Of a stretch of DNA of 64,000 nt, positions 1 through 11,600 are shown one piece after another (positions within the stretch are counted from its first letter, which is position 1; each line of letters starts with the position of its first letter). Below the pieces are notes generated by a model. That model did not search any database. It saw only the letters and a program-made list of their open reading frames with translations, and was not told where the DNA came from. This stretch comes from an uncultured Bacteroides sp. (lineage in GTDB: Bacteria > Bacteroidota > Bacteroidia > Bacteroidales > Bacteroidaceae). The stretch lies in assembly GCF_900544075.1 (NCBI RefSeq), contig NZ_UQTJ01000001.1; one strand, 5' to 3'. Both the position numbers and the translations under genes were made by a program.

Positions 1-1794
1 ATAAGCCCTGAAGGCGATGGTATCAGAAACGGTTATCTTAAAAGGTCTTTCATACAGCATGGAGCCAGTATCCGGTGTCGTACCGTCAGTGGTATAATAA
101 ACCTTTGCTTTGGGGTCAGGACAGGAAACCATGACATCTGTCTCACCAAGGAACACATTCACATCGCAGAATCCTTCCAAATCGGGAAGACGATAGTTGA
201 CATTCAAAAGATCCAGCCTGTCGAACTGGGATATCATGCGGCTTCTGAAATCTTCATACCCACAATCACGATTACTCCATCCCACTTCGGCGACAGCCAA
301 TATACGTGGGAAAGACATGTATTGCATCCATTCGCGCGACGGAATGAATTCACCCCAGATATTTCCCTGCACTCCCAGTATTTTTGCTTTCTGAATGTCG
401 CTTAGCTCGTCAAAGGCAGTCCTTGAATTGTACATACGTCTCAAAGAACTGCCGGCCTCCTGATAGTCCAGATAGAAATCATAGTTAGGACACATTATGA
501 CAGCATTGCCTTTGGCAGTCACTTCCTCCACCACTTTCTTCTCCGCGCTTCTCCACCACATCACAGTGGCTGTCTCTGACAAGCCTCCTTCCATAATCTC
601 ATCCCATCCTATCAGATATCTTCCATTCTCGTTAAAGAAATCCTCCATATTATGGACGAACCACGACTGCAGTTCAAACTCATCCTTCAGCGAATTGTCT
701 TTCATCCTCCGTTGGCAGTCGGCACATTTCGTCCAGTTGGTCTTTTCCACCTCATCTGCCCCCAAATGTGCGTATTTGTAAGGAAAAAGTTCAAAGACTT
801 CCCTCCAAACATTCTTACAGAATGTCAGTGTAGCATCCTTTCCAACGCATATTGGTGAAGAAAACACTTTTCCCCAACCTGAACATCCATCACACACAAG
901 CCATGGATATTGGTCTATAGCAGCTGTGAAGTGTCCTGGCATGTCTATTTCAGGTATAACGTCTATGCCCCTGACTCCGGCATATTCCACAATCTCCCTG
1001 ATATCATCCTGGGTATAAAATCCACCGTAATACATTTCACCATCTATCACTTTCAGTTTATCTTCAGGTATATTCAATGCCGGCTCGTTTTCATCAGAAG
1101 CCCTCCTGATACAAATACTATCAAGATTATTCAGCTTTCTCCATGCACCCTTATCTGTTAGCAAAGGATACTTCTTTATCTCTATACGCCATCCCTGATC
1201 ATCAATCAGATGCCAATGAAACTTATTCAGTTTATATATAGTCATCAAATCCAACAGTTCCTTTACTTCTTCTTTGTCAAAAAAATGTCTTGACACATCA
1301 AGCAACACTCCTCTCCATTCGTAACGGGGGTTATCCACGATATTGACACAAGGTATCCCGGTACCCACTTTACCGTTACCGGCAGCAAACAACTGGTTCA
1401 GCGTAGAAATGCCGCATATCACACCAGAGTAATCTGATGACGATATTGTTACATTGTTTTCGTTGACCTCCAATGAATAGCCGCCTTTAACATTCTGTTT
1501 TCCGTCCAGCAACAGTCTGATATCACCGTCTTCTCCTTGCTGAAGAGGCAACCTGTTTCCGGTAGCCTTATATATCACGTCTGACAAGTATCCTGCAGCC
1601 TTTTCAAGTGAAGAATCTGCGAAAGAAATAGCCTTGCTTTCATCACAGCAGAAAGTTCCATGTTTCACTTCTACACTTTCAGGCAGAGGCAATATGCTTA
1701 AAGAAGTATTGTCTGAACCGCTACATGACGATAACATGTACTGGTAAGCCATACCAATTAAGGTTATGCATACTAAATCCTTCAATTTTACCAT
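1..1794 (-). CDS. Beta-N-acetylhexosaminidase (GH20) lipoprotein; runs off the left edge and is absent from the ORF track
   Basis: Hand translation of parts of the frame from ATG at 1794: MVKLKDLVCITLIGMAYQYMLSSCSG...; DNPRYEWRGVLLDVSRHFF, KFHWHLIDDQGWRIEIKKYP and catalytic HLGADE motifs of GH20. Confidence 0.92.
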   Translation of the reverse strand, partial: MVKLKDLVCITLIGMAYQYMLSSCSGSDNTSLSILPLPESVEVKHGTFCCDESKAISFADSSLEKAAGYLSDVIYKATGNRLPLQQGEDGDIRLLLDGKQNVKGGYSLEVNENNVTISSSDYSGVICGISTLNQLFAAGNGKVGTGIPCVNIVDNPRYEWRGVLLDVSRHFFDKEEVKELLDLMTIYKLNKFHWHLIDDQGWRIEIKKYPLLTDKGAWRKLNNLDSICIRRASDENEPALNIPEDKLKVIDGEMYYGGFYTQDDIREIVEYAGVRGIDVIPEIDMPGHFTAAIDQYPWLVCDGCSGWGKVFSSPICVGKDATLTFCKNVWREVFELFPYKYAHLGADEVEKTNWTKCADCQRRMKDNSLKDEFELQSWFVHNMEDFFNENGRYLIGWDEIMEGGLSETATVMWWRSAEKKVVEEVTAKGNAVIMCPNYDFYLDYQEAGSSLRRMYNSRTAFDELSDIQKAKILGVQGNIWGEFIPSREWMQYMSFPRILAVAEVGWSNRDCGYEDFRSRMISQFDRLDLLNVNYRLPDLEGFCDVNVFLGETDVMVSCPDPKAKVYYTTDGTTPDTGSMLYERPFKITVSDTIAFRAY

Positions 1795-1838
1795 ATATGT
1801 GTTTTTGTTTGGTATTAATCAATCTTCAAATCACTATT

Positions 1839-3593
1839 TCATTTAATGACACTCACTCCTTCCGGCACGTCCACCATGGATTTGATTTTACCGTCGGGCT
1901 GTTTTTCATGCCGTATCTTTATAACCCCGTAAGGTGTCGGGAATGTTCCTTCCACCCATTTCAGGTTTCCAAGATGCGGAGTTATCCGTACCTCCTTGCA
2001 TCCCGGCGAAACGACTTCAACTCCCAACACATGACGACTGAGCCATGAAGTCGGTCCGGAAGCCCATCCGTGGCAAAGGCTATGCCTGAACCCTACATAA
2101 CAATAAGCTCCATAATCGCCATGAATATCTTTCTTGCCCTCAGGTACAAGTTCGTCTATTCTTGCCGCATTCGGTAACCAATCCACATTGAAGTCCTCCC
2201 AAAAAGAGGTTGCACCCAAATCTATCATTGCTCCCCAATACGAACTTATGATATCCATCGCTCCTGCATAGTTTCCTGCTGCCGCCATCGCTTCAAGCAT
2301 ATAATACCCGTAGAATGTTGAAAAGCCTTTAGCTCCACCGACTGATAAATATTTCTTATCAGCTTCATTCTTATCCATCAAATCGCTCAGTGCCATCAGC
2401 GAAACAGCCTGTTTTGTCCCTGGAGCATATGGTGACTTGAGTGTCTTGAAAAATTCTTTAGAAGCAAGAGAAGCTGCAGATATCAATTTTTTTTCAGTAT
2501 TTACACATTCTTCTGCCAACAATTTTTCTCCCAAGGCATCACATAAGAACTTACCGGCACGCATAGACCATACCAACAAAGCCTGCAATCCAGCATCTAC
2601 TGCTTCAGGATTTTCATTTGAGGGCCAGTCAAGAAAGCGTATGCCATCTAACTGCTCTTTACCATCCGTTCCTACTTTTGAAATGAGAAGTTTCAAAAGG
2701 CCGGTTATATAATCGCGCTGTTCTTTCAGATATGACAAATCACCTTGATAGCGAAACCAGTCATAATGACAGATAAGCCACCACATCGAATAAGAAGAAT
2801 AGCCGTCATTCATCCATCCCGGCAAAGGAGTGATGTCGCGCATCAGGTCAAGACTTTTCGGAACGACCTCGTTGTAACCAAACACGGTGTTTATAGTCAT
2901 CACTTCCGGATACATGTCGCCTATCCAAACCAGACGGTCACGTTTGATGCCATCCCACAGATAATCCTGCATGTTCAGATGTACGGTATAAGCACCCGTT
3001 TCCCATATTTTGTTCAGCCTTTCGTCATTACATCTGAAAGAACCTTTGTATTCGATATCCCGCATAACGGAGATAGCACGAACTTCTTTCAGGTCGAGCA
3101 GCACGTCCTCGTCAAGCAGGTCTATACGAACAAAACGGAAACCTGAATTACCGGTCTCATAAACACCGCACCACGGGAGCGACACAATCTGGTCGCGCAT
3201 GGCATGGTCGTTCGTGGCTCCGCCCTTTCCGGCTATTTCCGACATTGCCTCGCTAACGGACTCTCCGTACCTGATTCGTACCTTTACGGGCTTCTTACCT
3301 TCCCATAACCCGGTGACAATCTGTATTCCTCCATGAAGTTCTTTCCCGAAATCAAGCAAGAAAGCCGGTTTCGCTCCACCTGCCGATGACAGCCTACAGA
3401 ACTTGCGTCCCCAATATTCAGCCTGCCCGTTGCCTTCCTTCAGCAGAATATTTATATCAGATATGTTGTTGCCGTCTTTCTGCCACACTATTCTCTGCGG
3501 AGTAATATATTCCCGCACCCGTACATCACGATTCCGGGCATGAAATATATTGACAGCAAACAGCATTATTATCAATAAAACAGTATTTTTCAT
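1839..3593 (-). CDS. Alpha-L-rhamnosidase (GH78-like)
   Basis: LLDFGKE, GFRFVRI, WDGIKRDRLVWIGD, GATSFWE and SLCHGWASGP motifs; signal peptide. Confidence 0.85.
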   Translation of the reverse strand: MKNTVLLIIMLFAVNIFHARNRDVRVREYITPQRIVWQKDGNNISDINILLKEGNGQAEYWGRKFCRLSSAGGAKPAFLLDFGKELHGGIQIVTGLWEGKKPVKVRIRYGESVSEAMSEIAGKGGATNDHAMRDQIVSLPWCGVYETGNSGFRFVRIDLLDEDVLLDLKEVRAISVMRDIEYKGSFRCNDERLNKIWETGAYTVHLNMQDYLWDGIKRDRLVWIGDMYPEVMTINTVFGYNEVVPKSLDLMRDITPLPGWMNDGYSSYSMWWLICHYDWFRYQGDLSYLKEQRDYITGLLKLLISKVGTDGKEQLDGIRFLDWPSNENPEAVDAGLQALLVWSMRAGKFLCDALGEKLLAEECVNTEKKLISAASLASKEFFKTLKSPYAPGTKQAVSLMALSDLMDKNEADKKYLSVGGAKGFSTFYGYYMLEAMAAAGNYAGAMDIISSYWGAMIDLGATSFWEDFNVDWLPNAARIDELVPEGKKDIHGDYGAYCYVGFRHSLCHGWASGPTSWLSRHVLGVEVVSPGCKEVRITPHLGNLKWVEGTFPTPYGVIKIRHEKQPDGKIKSMVDVPEGVSVIK

Positions 3594-3609
3594 AAATAAT
3601 CAAATTTGG

Positions 3610-4512
3610 TCAATCATATTCAACAAAACGAACTTTATACATATTAATGCTATCTATTGAAAAGACCTTATCAGGATTTTTCATGTAAATGTTATGTGTC
3701 CACCAGTCAATTTCTGCTTGCGTATAAACCAAAGTACCACTCTTTTTGTCAATATTAAACGATTTGACTTGCTTTTTACCTTTCAACGGTTCAAAATAAT
3801 CAAACGTTTCATTCTCAATATCAAACACATATACATCCTCATTGGTTGTTATACCCAATTCATTATCGGATATACGGTTCAAATCATGGCCTCCCAATGT
3901 AGGCAGTTTCCATCTTGCATTTTCTTTCAGATATGGTTTATCTGTATTCCAATCAGCCAAACTATAATCTACCAGCACATCATCACCCAGTGCAAACAGT
4001 TTCTTATGATTTTCCATCCATATTACCCCATGACCCCATGAAAGTGAATCCCTGAAAAGAACCTTGTCCGGGGCAGACATATCATAAAGCTGAATGCAAT
4101 CTCCTTTGCCCGAAGGATGATGCGACAATGCCACTACTACCCTGTTCAATGGCAACAATTCAATAGAATGTGCATTTGGTACAAACGCATGGAACAGACA
4201 TTTACATGTTGAACGCTCAATAATTGCAGCACCGCTTGAAGATGACGTCAACAATATCCATTTTCCGTTCATAGAGACTTTACATTCATCTATAGAATGA
4301 AAATACTTTTCAAAATCATCTGGAATATCTGAGCCACGGGAATCCCAATCCCATGTGACTTTGATTTTATCTTCAGCGGACCTATCTGCATCAATAATCA
4401 TCATCTTAGTATCACCACAAAGAATAATTTCATGTGTTAGTGATTTTGAGCATCCAATACACAAAGGCAATAACAATAATAATAAATATCTTCCCATTAC
4501 ATTTATATACAA
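3610..4512 (-). CDS. Putative beta-propeller lipoprotein (DUF6528-like); probable start MGRYLL at 4497
   Basis: Lipobox CIGC; HSIELLP, GHGVIW and GGHDL motifs shared with the neighbouring gene; family name from recall. Confidence 0.6.
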   Translation of the reverse strand: MYINVMGRYLLLLLLPLCIGCSKSLTHEIILCGDTKMMIIDADRSAEDKIKVTWDWDSRGSDIPDDFEKYFHSIDECKVSMNGKWILLTSSSSGAAIIERSTCKCLFHAFVPNAHSIELLPLNRVVVALSHHPSGKGDCIQLYDMSAPDKVLFRDSLSWGHGVIWMENHKKLFALGDDVLVDYSLADWNTDKPYLKENARWKLPTLGGHDLNRISDNELGITTNEDVYVFDIENETFDYFEPLKGKKQVKSFNIDKKSGTLVYTQAEIDWWTHNIYMKNPDKVFSIDSINMYKVRFVEYD

Positions 4513-4545
4513 TTAATCCAATAATTAAATTTATCTAATACACAA

Positions 4546-5529
4546 TTATTTTCTAACAGGTCGTACCTTATATGTCCGTTCTATATAACCTGTAGTATCC
4601 AATATTTTTGTAGGATTAATAAACGTAATTGTCTGCGTCCACCATTCTGTAGTCTGTACCGTGTAAAGAGCGCATTCCGTTTCCTTGTCATAATTGAAGG
4701 ACTTGACACCATTCCTTCCTTGCAATGGAACATACACTTCAAATGTTCCTGTATCGATATTGAAGATATATGTATTAGTATTGGTTGTACAACCTAATTC
4801 ATTATCTGAAATATAACTCAGGTCATGTCCATGTTCTGAAGGTAACATCCAAGTTTGTACTTGCTCAAGACTCGGTTTGTCAGTTTCCCAATCTTTTAAC
4901 TGATATTCCCTTATCTCGGTTGCGCCTATCGCATAGAGCCGTTGACGCGCTTCAATCCATACCACTCCATGGGCTTCAGACAAAGCATGTTCCCAAAGGA
5001 GTTCGTTATTTCTTCCCACTTCAAACAACTGTATTCTATCTCCATCACTACCACTCAAAGCATGTGACAATGCAGTAACTATACGCCTGCCCGGCAAAAG
5101 TTCCGCCGAATGTCCCATAATACCGTCCGAATAGAATAAACATTCCTGTGTTGCACGGTCAATCAGCAAACACCCCCACGCTGAAGTCAACAATATTTCT
5201 TTATTATCATTCACCGACTTACAATCATTGAACTCTGCTACATGTGTAGAAATTGGAGCTGGTTTAGTAGATGCATCATATTCCCATACCACGTCTAGGT
5301 CGTTACGGTTTGAATTGGCAACATTGACAATATAAGCTTTCTTCTCGCCACAGAAAACTATTTCCTCATACACATCCTCCGGTTTCACTGTGGATGTTTC
5401 TCCTCCGCCACCATTGTCTCCTTCACCTGGTTCTTTAATATCATTAGATTCGCTTCCGCAAGAAGTTAATGTAAAAAAAGACAATACTATACCACTCGCG
5501 ATTTTTAATAATATTCTGTTCATAGTCAA
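4546..5529 (-). CDS. Putative beta-propeller lipoprotein (DUF6528-like), paralog of 3610..4512
   Basis: Lipobox LTSC, Gly-rich linker; HSAELLP, AHGVVW, HGHDL, VKSFN, WWT and YKVR motifs. Confidence 0.6.
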   Translation of the reverse strand: MTMNRILLKIASGIVLSFFTLTSCGSESNDIKEPGEGDNGGGGETSTVKPEDVYEEIVFCGEKKAYIVNVANSNRNDLDVVWEYDASTKPAPISTHVAEFNDCKSVNDNKEILLTSAWGCLLIDRATQECLFYSDGIMGHSAELLPGRRIVTALSHALSGSDGDRIQLFEVGRNNELLWEHALSEAHGVVWIEARQRLYAIGATEIREYQLKDWETDKPSLEQVQTWMLPSEHGHDLSYISDNELGCTTNTNTYIFNIDTGTFEVYVPLQGRNGVKSFNYDKETECALYTVQTTEWWTQTITFINPTKILDTTGYIERTYKVRPVRK

Positions 5530-5561
5530 TAAAAATTTATGTTCAATTATTAATATGTTAT

Positions 5562-7067
5562 TTACATCCTATATACTTTTACCGGAGATTCCTTGTGAGC
5601 CTCGTCCATTTTCTTCAATATCTCCAAGACCACTTCAGGATAAGAAGATGACACGTCATTGCTTTCAGTCTGGTCAACTTCCAGGTTATACAATTCCAAA
5701 TGTCTGCTTCCTTTTTTAATACCTGACATATAACCTTTCCATTTACCCATTCTAAGGGCTTTCGAGCCGTCTCCTTCCGGCAGTTCCCAGTACAGATAAT
5801 CATGCTTTGGCTGCTTTTTGCCTACCAGTTCAGGATAAAAACTGATTCCGTCAGTTTCCGTATGCGAATATCCGACAATATCTCCTAAAGTAGGCAATAC
5901 ATCCCAAAATGCACTGATATGTTCGCTAACGCTTCCTTTCCTGATAACATTAGGCCAACATGCAATCATCGGTACGCGTATTCCACCTTCGTGCAAACTA
6001 CTTTTTCCCCACCCAGGAGCAGATCTGAAAGGAGCAGCACTATCGAACCAAACGGCATCGACTCCTCCATTATAAGTGGGACCATCATCACTACTAAATA
6101 TAATTAGTGTATCTTCATACAATCTGAGACTTTTAAGCAATTCCACTAGTTCACCAATCTGCTCGTCAAGGAAACTTATCATTGCTGCATAAGTGGCATG
6201 CGGATAACGGCACGGGAAATAACCTTGTTCCGCCAAATATGGAATTTCATCACCAAATTTATTAACATAATAGTCAATCCATCGCTGAGGAGCCTGTAAT
6301 GGCACATGAGCAATAGGAGCAGGCCAATAAAGAAAAAAAGACTCGTTCTTATTCCTCTCTACAAATTTCTTCACTTCTTTAAAAATGAGTTCAGGTGAAT
6401 ATGCCACAGATGTGAACTTCTCATAACATCCGATAGACAACGGGTCGCAACCTTCATCAATTCTGTTTCCAGGGTTCATTCTGTTAGGCAAATACTCTCT
6501 TTGTTCATTACGCCACAAAAATGCAGGATAATAATCGTGAGCCTGACGCTGACAATGATAGCCATAGAAGAAATCAAATCCCATTTTTCGTGGAATAGAA
6601 GAAGACGCTGGCGCACCAAGACACCATGTACCTATGCATCCGGTCTTATATCCTACCATTTTCATTAGCGAAGCAATAGTAATTGTTCCCTCAGGCATCG
6701 GCCTTTGTCCTTCAAGTGTGGAATCAGCTAGTACAGCATCAAGATTACCAATATCACCACGTTCCGGCATTTCATCGTTTGCACGAATATAAGCGTGTCC
6801 AGTATGCAAACCTGTCAATAATGAACAACGTGAAGGAGATGATACAGCAGAACCAGAATAATGTTGGGTAAAACGCATTCCTTCTGCAGCCAGCCTGTCA
6901 ATATTAGGTGTTTCTATTTTTTCCTGACCATAACAACCTATATCACCATATCCGACATCATCAGCCAAAATATAAATTATATTAGGCCTTTGCTGTCGAG
7001 CCGGTAATTCTGCCGCTGTCAAGAGCGGCAAAACTACACAACCATAATACAATTTTCTCATACGCAT
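5562..7067 (-). CDS. Ser-type S1 sulfatase (arylsulfatase family)
   Basis: RPNIIYILADDVGYGD; SSPSRCSLLTG (S-x-P-x-R); GKSSLHEGGIRVP. Confidence 0.88.
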   Translation of the reverse strand: MRMRKLYYGCVVLPLLTAAELPARQQRPNIIYILADDVGYGDIGCYGQEKIETPNIDRLAAEGMRFTQHYSGSAVSSPSRCSLLTGLHTGHAYIRANDEMPERGDIGNLDAVLADSTLEGQRPMPEGTITIASLMKMVGYKTGCIGTWCLGAPASSSIPRKMGFDFFYGYHCQRQAHDYYPAFLWRNEQREYLPNRMNPGNRIDEGCDPLSIGCYEKFTSVAYSPELIFKEVKKFVERNKNESFFLYWPAPIAHVPLQAPQRWIDYYVNKFGDEIPYLAEQGYFPCRYPHATYAAMISFLDEQIGELVELLKSLRLYEDTLIIFSSDDGPTYNGGVDAVWFDSAAPFRSAPGWGKSSLHEGGIRVPMIACWPNVIRKGSVSEHISAFWDVLPTLGDIVGYSHTETDGISFYPELVGKKQPKHDYLYWELPEGDGSKALRMGKWKGYMSGIKKGSRHLELYNLEVDQTESNDVSSSYPEVVLEILKKMDEAHKESPVKVYRM

Positions 7068-7070
7068 TTT

Positions 7071-8594
7071 TTATTCAGTTGAGGTTGTTTCCCATCCTGG
7101 ATTATTTGGTAACAAATTGGGGTTATCATCAATTTCCTGTTGAGGCAACGGCCACAAATAATTTTTACTACTGAATGTACGTGTTTCTACTCTTGAACCA
7201 TCATACTTTAAAACATAGGCATTCATTACATTCTCAGCAATCCTCCACCGGCGTATATCGTCGTAATACACTCCTTCACCTGCCAACTCAATTCTTCTTT
7301 CATGACGGATCTTCTCACGCATTTGTTCCTTGGTAAAATTATCTGTTGCCATATTATATTGAGGCATATTTACAGATTGCCTGCCACGAACAGCATTTAT
7401 GGCGTCATACACAGCTTGATCAGGCGCAGCAAGCAATTCGTTTCTCGCCTCTGCCTTCATCAACAGCACATCCGCATAACGCAACAAGATAAGATTGATA
7501 TCGTTTGTATCATCCATAGTGGCAGCAGCTTCATCATATTTGGCAAATTTCTTATATGTGTAACCTGTATTGATAAAAGTGGTATTTCCCACCTTCTTAC
7601 CCATATAAGTAGCTCCTGGATAAACTATTGTTGCATAAAAACGCGGATCACGGTCTGTATAGAGGTCTCTATCCGGATTGTCTGAATAAAGTTTTCCATC
7701 AGTCCACTCATACGCACGAACAAGATCCAAAGTCGGAGCTATTGTATTATGCTGTCTCAAGACGAGATCCAATCCATCGCCTGAATGTGTGATGTCAGGA
7801 TACTGATACTGAACATCAAATATGACTTCCTGATTATTCTCATGCTCCAGAGAAAACAGTTCACGATAATCCGGATACAAAGAATATTTATTTAAAGCTA
7901 CTACAGCATCTGCCGCCTTTTCCGCCTCATCCCATTTCTCAAAGAAAAGGCAAACCCTTGCCTTCAAAGCATACGCTGCCCCCTTTGTGGCACGTCCTTT
8001 CTGTGAAGGATTAACAGGAAGAGACAATGCTGCATCGTCCAAATCTTTTAGTATCTGCACCACAATATCCTCTTGTGGGTCTCTAGGCAAATACGACTGG
8101 GTATTCACATCAGGTTTTTCAAGAATCAATGGCGCATCGCCATAATTCTTAGTAAGATCAAAATAATACAAAGCTCTAAGAAATTTAGCCTCACCAACCA
8201 TCTCATTTAATTCATCCTCCTCCATATCAAAAGACGAAGAATTCTCTATAAAGGTATTACAACGACCTATTCCTTGGTAACAACTTCCCCATTTACTATT
8301 CACCATAGCTGAGTTTGACAAATTTAATGTCCCATTACCTATAACTCTCCAACCTCCATTGTTTCCATAATTATAAGCATTAGGTGTTGCCGTTTCACTG
8401 AAAATCAACATAGGACCATACATATAAGTGTTGTACATCGTACTGTAACAAGCAGTAAGTCCGGCCGAAATCTGTCCGGAATTCTTCCAGAAATTTTCCT
8501 CCACATACTTATCCGTAGGTACTGTATCAAGTGTACAAGCTGTAAAAAATAAACATGTTACGGTTCCTATCAAATATATTTTTTTCTTATTCAT
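7071..8594 (-). CDS. RagB/SusD-family glycan-binding lipoprotein
   Basis: Lipobox FTAC; GEAKFLRALYYF, LLRYADVLLMKAEA and ERRIELAGEG motifs; directly downstream of SusC. Confidence 0.95.
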   Translation of the reverse strand: MNKKKIYLIGTVTCLFFTACTLDTVPTDKYVEENFWKNSGQISAGLTACYSTMYNTYMYGPMLIFSETATPNAYNYGNNGGWRVIGNGTLNLSNSAMVNSKWGSCYQGIGRCNTFIENSSSFDMEEDELNEMVGEAKFLRALYYFDLTKNYGDAPLILEKPDVNTQSYLPRDPQEDIVVQILKDLDDAALSLPVNPSQKGRATKGAAYALKARVCLFFEKWDEAEKAADAVVALNKYSLYPDYRELFSLEHENNQEVIFDVQYQYPDITHSGDGLDLVLRQHNTIAPTLDLVRAYEWTDGKLYSDNPDRDLYTDRDPRFYATIVYPGATYMGKKVGNTTFINTGYTYKKFAKYDEAAATMDDTNDINLILLRYADVLLMKAEARNELLAAPDQAVYDAINAVRGRQSVNMPQYNMATDNFTKEQMREKIRHERRIELAGEGVYYDDIRRWRIAENVMNAYVLKYDGSRVETRTFSSKNYLWPLPQQEIDDNPNLLPNNPGWETTSTE

Positions 8595-8606
8595 ATCTTT
8601 ACAATA

Positions 8607-11600
8607 TTAAAATGTTACATTCAGACCACCTGTAAATGATTTCACAGAAGGATATGTACCCCACAAATAATTACCAGTCAATGTCCTTTCAGGATCAAAA
8701 ATGTCGAAATCACTAAATGTCAAAAGATTCTCTGCATTGACAAAAACCTTCAATGCATTAATTCTTATTGGCTTTAGCCACTTCTTAGGGAAATCATAAC
8801 TTAGCTGAACATTTTTCAAACGCAAATAAGAAGCATCCCTAAGCCAGAACGTGTTAGCTTTCTCATAATTATCATGCCCTGTCTGACTACGAAGCAGACG
8901 AGGATACCCTCCGTCCATGTTATCTGGCCTCCATGCCTTTTCCAACCAATCATATGTAACACCTGCTCCATTGCAGTATGGTTGAACCAGATTATGCATA
9001 GGATAAGTTGTTATCCCATGAACTCCCTGAAAGAAAACATTCAGTCCAAAACCCTTATAATTAAGATTAAGGCCAAATGAATACGTAAAATCAGGTACCG
9101 AACTACCCGTTACTATACGGTCATCCTCGTCAATAACTCCATTTCCATTTACATCCCTAAACTTCAAATCACCTGGAGCTGTCTGTGCACTTTGGAATGC
9201 ATGATTATCTACTTCGTTCCGTGTTTGGAATATGCCTATACAGTCATAAACATAATATGAATCTATAGGATAACCTTCTTTCGTAATTCTCCTTCCACTG
9301 ATAATTTCATCACCTCCAAGTTTTACAACCTCATTCTTGACGTATGTCATGTTGCCATAAACATTGTAATTGAAACCACCAATACTATTCCTATATGACA
9401 AACTTGCTTCCATTCCTGTATTATCAACCACACCTACATTACGCACCGCTCCTGTATAGTTTCCAACCTGTGAAGGTTGATTAACCGTTCTTAAAATACC
9501 ATCTGTCCTCTTCTTGAAAAATTCCACTGAACCGGACAATGAGTTATTCAAAAAACCGAAGTCCAATGCCACATTAGTAATAGTAGTTGCTTCCCATGAT
9601 ATTTCAGAATCCACAGCTTGTGCCACTGCATATCCTTGGGTCAAAGTGTTGTCAAATAGGTAATTGACACCTGAAACCAATGTAGGAGTGTACTGGTATA
9701 ATCCTATAGACTGGTTACCCAACTTTCCCCATGAAGCCCTAAGCTTCAAATTAGAGAGCCAATCTCTGGCATCTTCCATAAAACTCTCCTGATCTATACG
9801 CCATCCTGCTGAAAAAGATGGAAAGAAGCCCCAACGATTATTTTTCGCAAAACGCGAAGAGCCATCATAACGAAAATTAACTTCAAACAAGTAACGGTCA
9901 GCATAAGAATAATTTACCCTTCCGAAGTAAGATAATAAACGAACTACGCTACTAGAACTTGACCGATTTAGAGCTTCTGTTCCAAGTCCCGGTTCTTTAA
10001 GTGTATCATCAAAAAAACCGTCCTGCGATCTATAACTGTATGACCAATCGTTGAACTCTTCGTAGTTCATACCAGCTAATGCAGACACGTTATGTTTCTC
10101 ATTGAAAATACGATTCCATGACAAATTATAACTTACGGTAGGGTCTATCTCATAAGTAGAAGCGTATTGTGCAACCGTATGCTGAACCATTGTCTGAGGC
10201 TCAAATGTCTTAGGATTATACGAATAACGTTCTCCTTGATACAGATGTCTGAACAAATAATCTATTCTTGCTCCCAAGGTAGCATTGAACTTTATATCAT
10301 AAGGGAATATGTATTCAGCAAAAATACTACCGACCATTCTGGTACGTTTATAATTGTTTCTATTGTATTGCTCCCTCAGAAGATTTCCAAATGTGTTCTG
10401 TCCCGGTGTCTGCAACCAGCTTCTTCCTAAACTACCATCAACATTATAAGCAGTCATAACAGGTAAAGCGCGGAACGCCAATTGCATATAATCAGAGATT
10501 CCACAAGAAGGCTCGTTATAATTAGTATAATTGCCTGACATATTGATACCAGCCTTGAACTTACCATAATTTAATGTTCCATTAAAGTTTACAGACAATT
10601 TCTTAGAATCGGTATAATTCATCACACCTTCCTGATCCAAATAACCTACAGACAAAGCCATCTGCATAAGGTCGTTTCCTCCTGTAACGCGAACATTATG
10701 TTCTTGCATAAAACCATCCCTGAATAAAAGGTCGAACCAATTGGTCGATGGATATGTATAAGGGTCAACTTTCATACCAGCCTTATATTCTTCAACCAAT
10801 GCGTTAGAATAAAATGGTTCAGTGTTACCTTCATTCATATAAGCCTCATTATATCCTTCCATAAAAAGTATAGGATCCCATACCGCATCAGGCAAGTACG
10901 TAATCTGTTGTACTCCGAAAGAGTTATTATACTGAACAGAGAATTTGCCTGCTTCTGCCTTTTTAGTAGTAACCAAAATCACACCATTTGCAGCACGCGA
11001 ACCATATATCGCAGACGAAGCAGCGTCTTTCAACACCGAAATGCTCGCTATATCCTGCGGATTGACATCCGACAACGAGCCGGCAATACCATCAATCAAA
11101 ATCAACGGGTCATTACCCGCACTGGAAAAAGATCCCATACCACGAATACGTATTGTAGCTGCATCATTACCCGGTTGCGCACCATTGCCCTGGTTGACAT
11201 AAACACCCTGTACCCCCTGCAACGCATGAGAGGCATTGGTAATAGGGCGGTTAGAGATTGATTTTGAATCGACCACAGATACGGCACCTGTCAAATTAAC
11301 TTTTTTTTGTGTTCCATAACCGACTACAACTACTTCATCCAACAATTCTGCATCAGATGCCAGCACTATATTTATTTCTTTCTGTTTACCTATTTTTACC
11401 TCTTTATTTTTATATCCTAAATAAGAGACACGAATCACATCCCCTGAATTAACGTCAATCTCAAAACGACCATTCACATCGGTTACAGTACCGACTGTAG
11501 AGCCAACAATCAAAATATTTGCTCCAATAACAGGAAGACCTTCGTTATCCTCAACAGTTCCATAAACCTTCCACTTTTGATTTACAGATTTTGAATTATC

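Noticed and set aside
197..2048. Short + strand ORFs in the ORF track
   Set aside because: They are antisense shadows of the GH20 and GH78 genes
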